Below are positions 63,774 through 64,000 of a DNA stretch of 64,000 nucleotides, piece by piece; within the stretch, counting starts at the first letter, position 1, and each line of letters starts with the position of its first letter. The notes beneath the pieces were generated by a model that searched no databases, was not told the origin of the DNA, and saw only the letters and a program-made list of their open reading frames with translations. The translations under genes were made by a program, and so were the position numbers. The DNA lies in assembly GCA_026014615.1 (NCBI GenBank), contig JAOZHZ010000027.1:18920-82919 (forward strand), read 5' to 3'. Origin of the DNA: Candidatus Bathyarchaeota archaeon. GTDB lineage: Archaea; Thermoproteota; Bathyarchaeia; Bathyarchaeales; Bathycorpusculaceae.

Positions 63774-64000
63774 GTTAAACGGTGTTGGCAACTTTTTTTT
63801 GAGTCACAGAGCAAAACACGCTGCCACAGCAAAAACATGATTGTTGCGTGTAGCTTCTAGTGGGTCGGTGATGGACAATGAAGTTGAGCCGAGTAAAACT
63901 AGACACGTTGAATGAGGGATACGCATGGGCTTGGTAAAGCAGCACCCTGAACAGTTTAACTCCCATTAACTTTTACCATTTTTAAAAAAAGGTGACTTGC

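Overview
This looks like an archaeal chromosomal segment with moderate GC and Shine-Dalgarno-type ribosome-binding sites (RBS). The archaeal markers are CobY, a GPN-loop GTPase, TrmB and HTH_10 regulators, a DUF1616-like protein, archaeal-type SHMT and PEF-CTERM sorting tails. I recognised no rRNA, tRNA, CRISPR array, transposase or integrase. The content falls into five groups. (1) A cobamide salvage and nucleotide-loop region: cobS-cobY on the minus strand (5.1-6.6 kb), then a tight plus-strand operon btuF-btuC-btuD(fused)-MJ0570-like-cobS-cobY (15.9-21.5 kb), with a CobZ-like phosphatase beside it. (2) Lipid and glycosylation genes: an epimerase, a UbiA prenyltransferase, a zinc-ribbon radical SAM, a DUF1616-like protein, GT2 and GT4. 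(3) At least 11 exported beta-propeller, beta-helix or Kelch surface proteins. Six carry PEF-CTERM-like tails, and four of those form one translationally coupled operon. (4) A cluster rich in radical SAM genes at 39-46 kb: two SPASM paralogs, a HemN-like enzyme, an RnfD-ferredoxin fusion and a Cys/Gln/Thr-rich secreted protein. (5) Housekeeping genes: metK, glyA, hcp, htpX, an M29 aminopeptidase and CinA-like. The most notable sequence-level observations are listed here.
- Two conserved genes are interrupted by in-frame TAG codons.
- Three further genes carry frameshifts, mostly at homopolymer runs.
- Three genes have conserved N-terminal elements upstream of any ATG, GTG or TTG.
- Several conserved non-coding elements recur upstream or downstream of specific gene sets.
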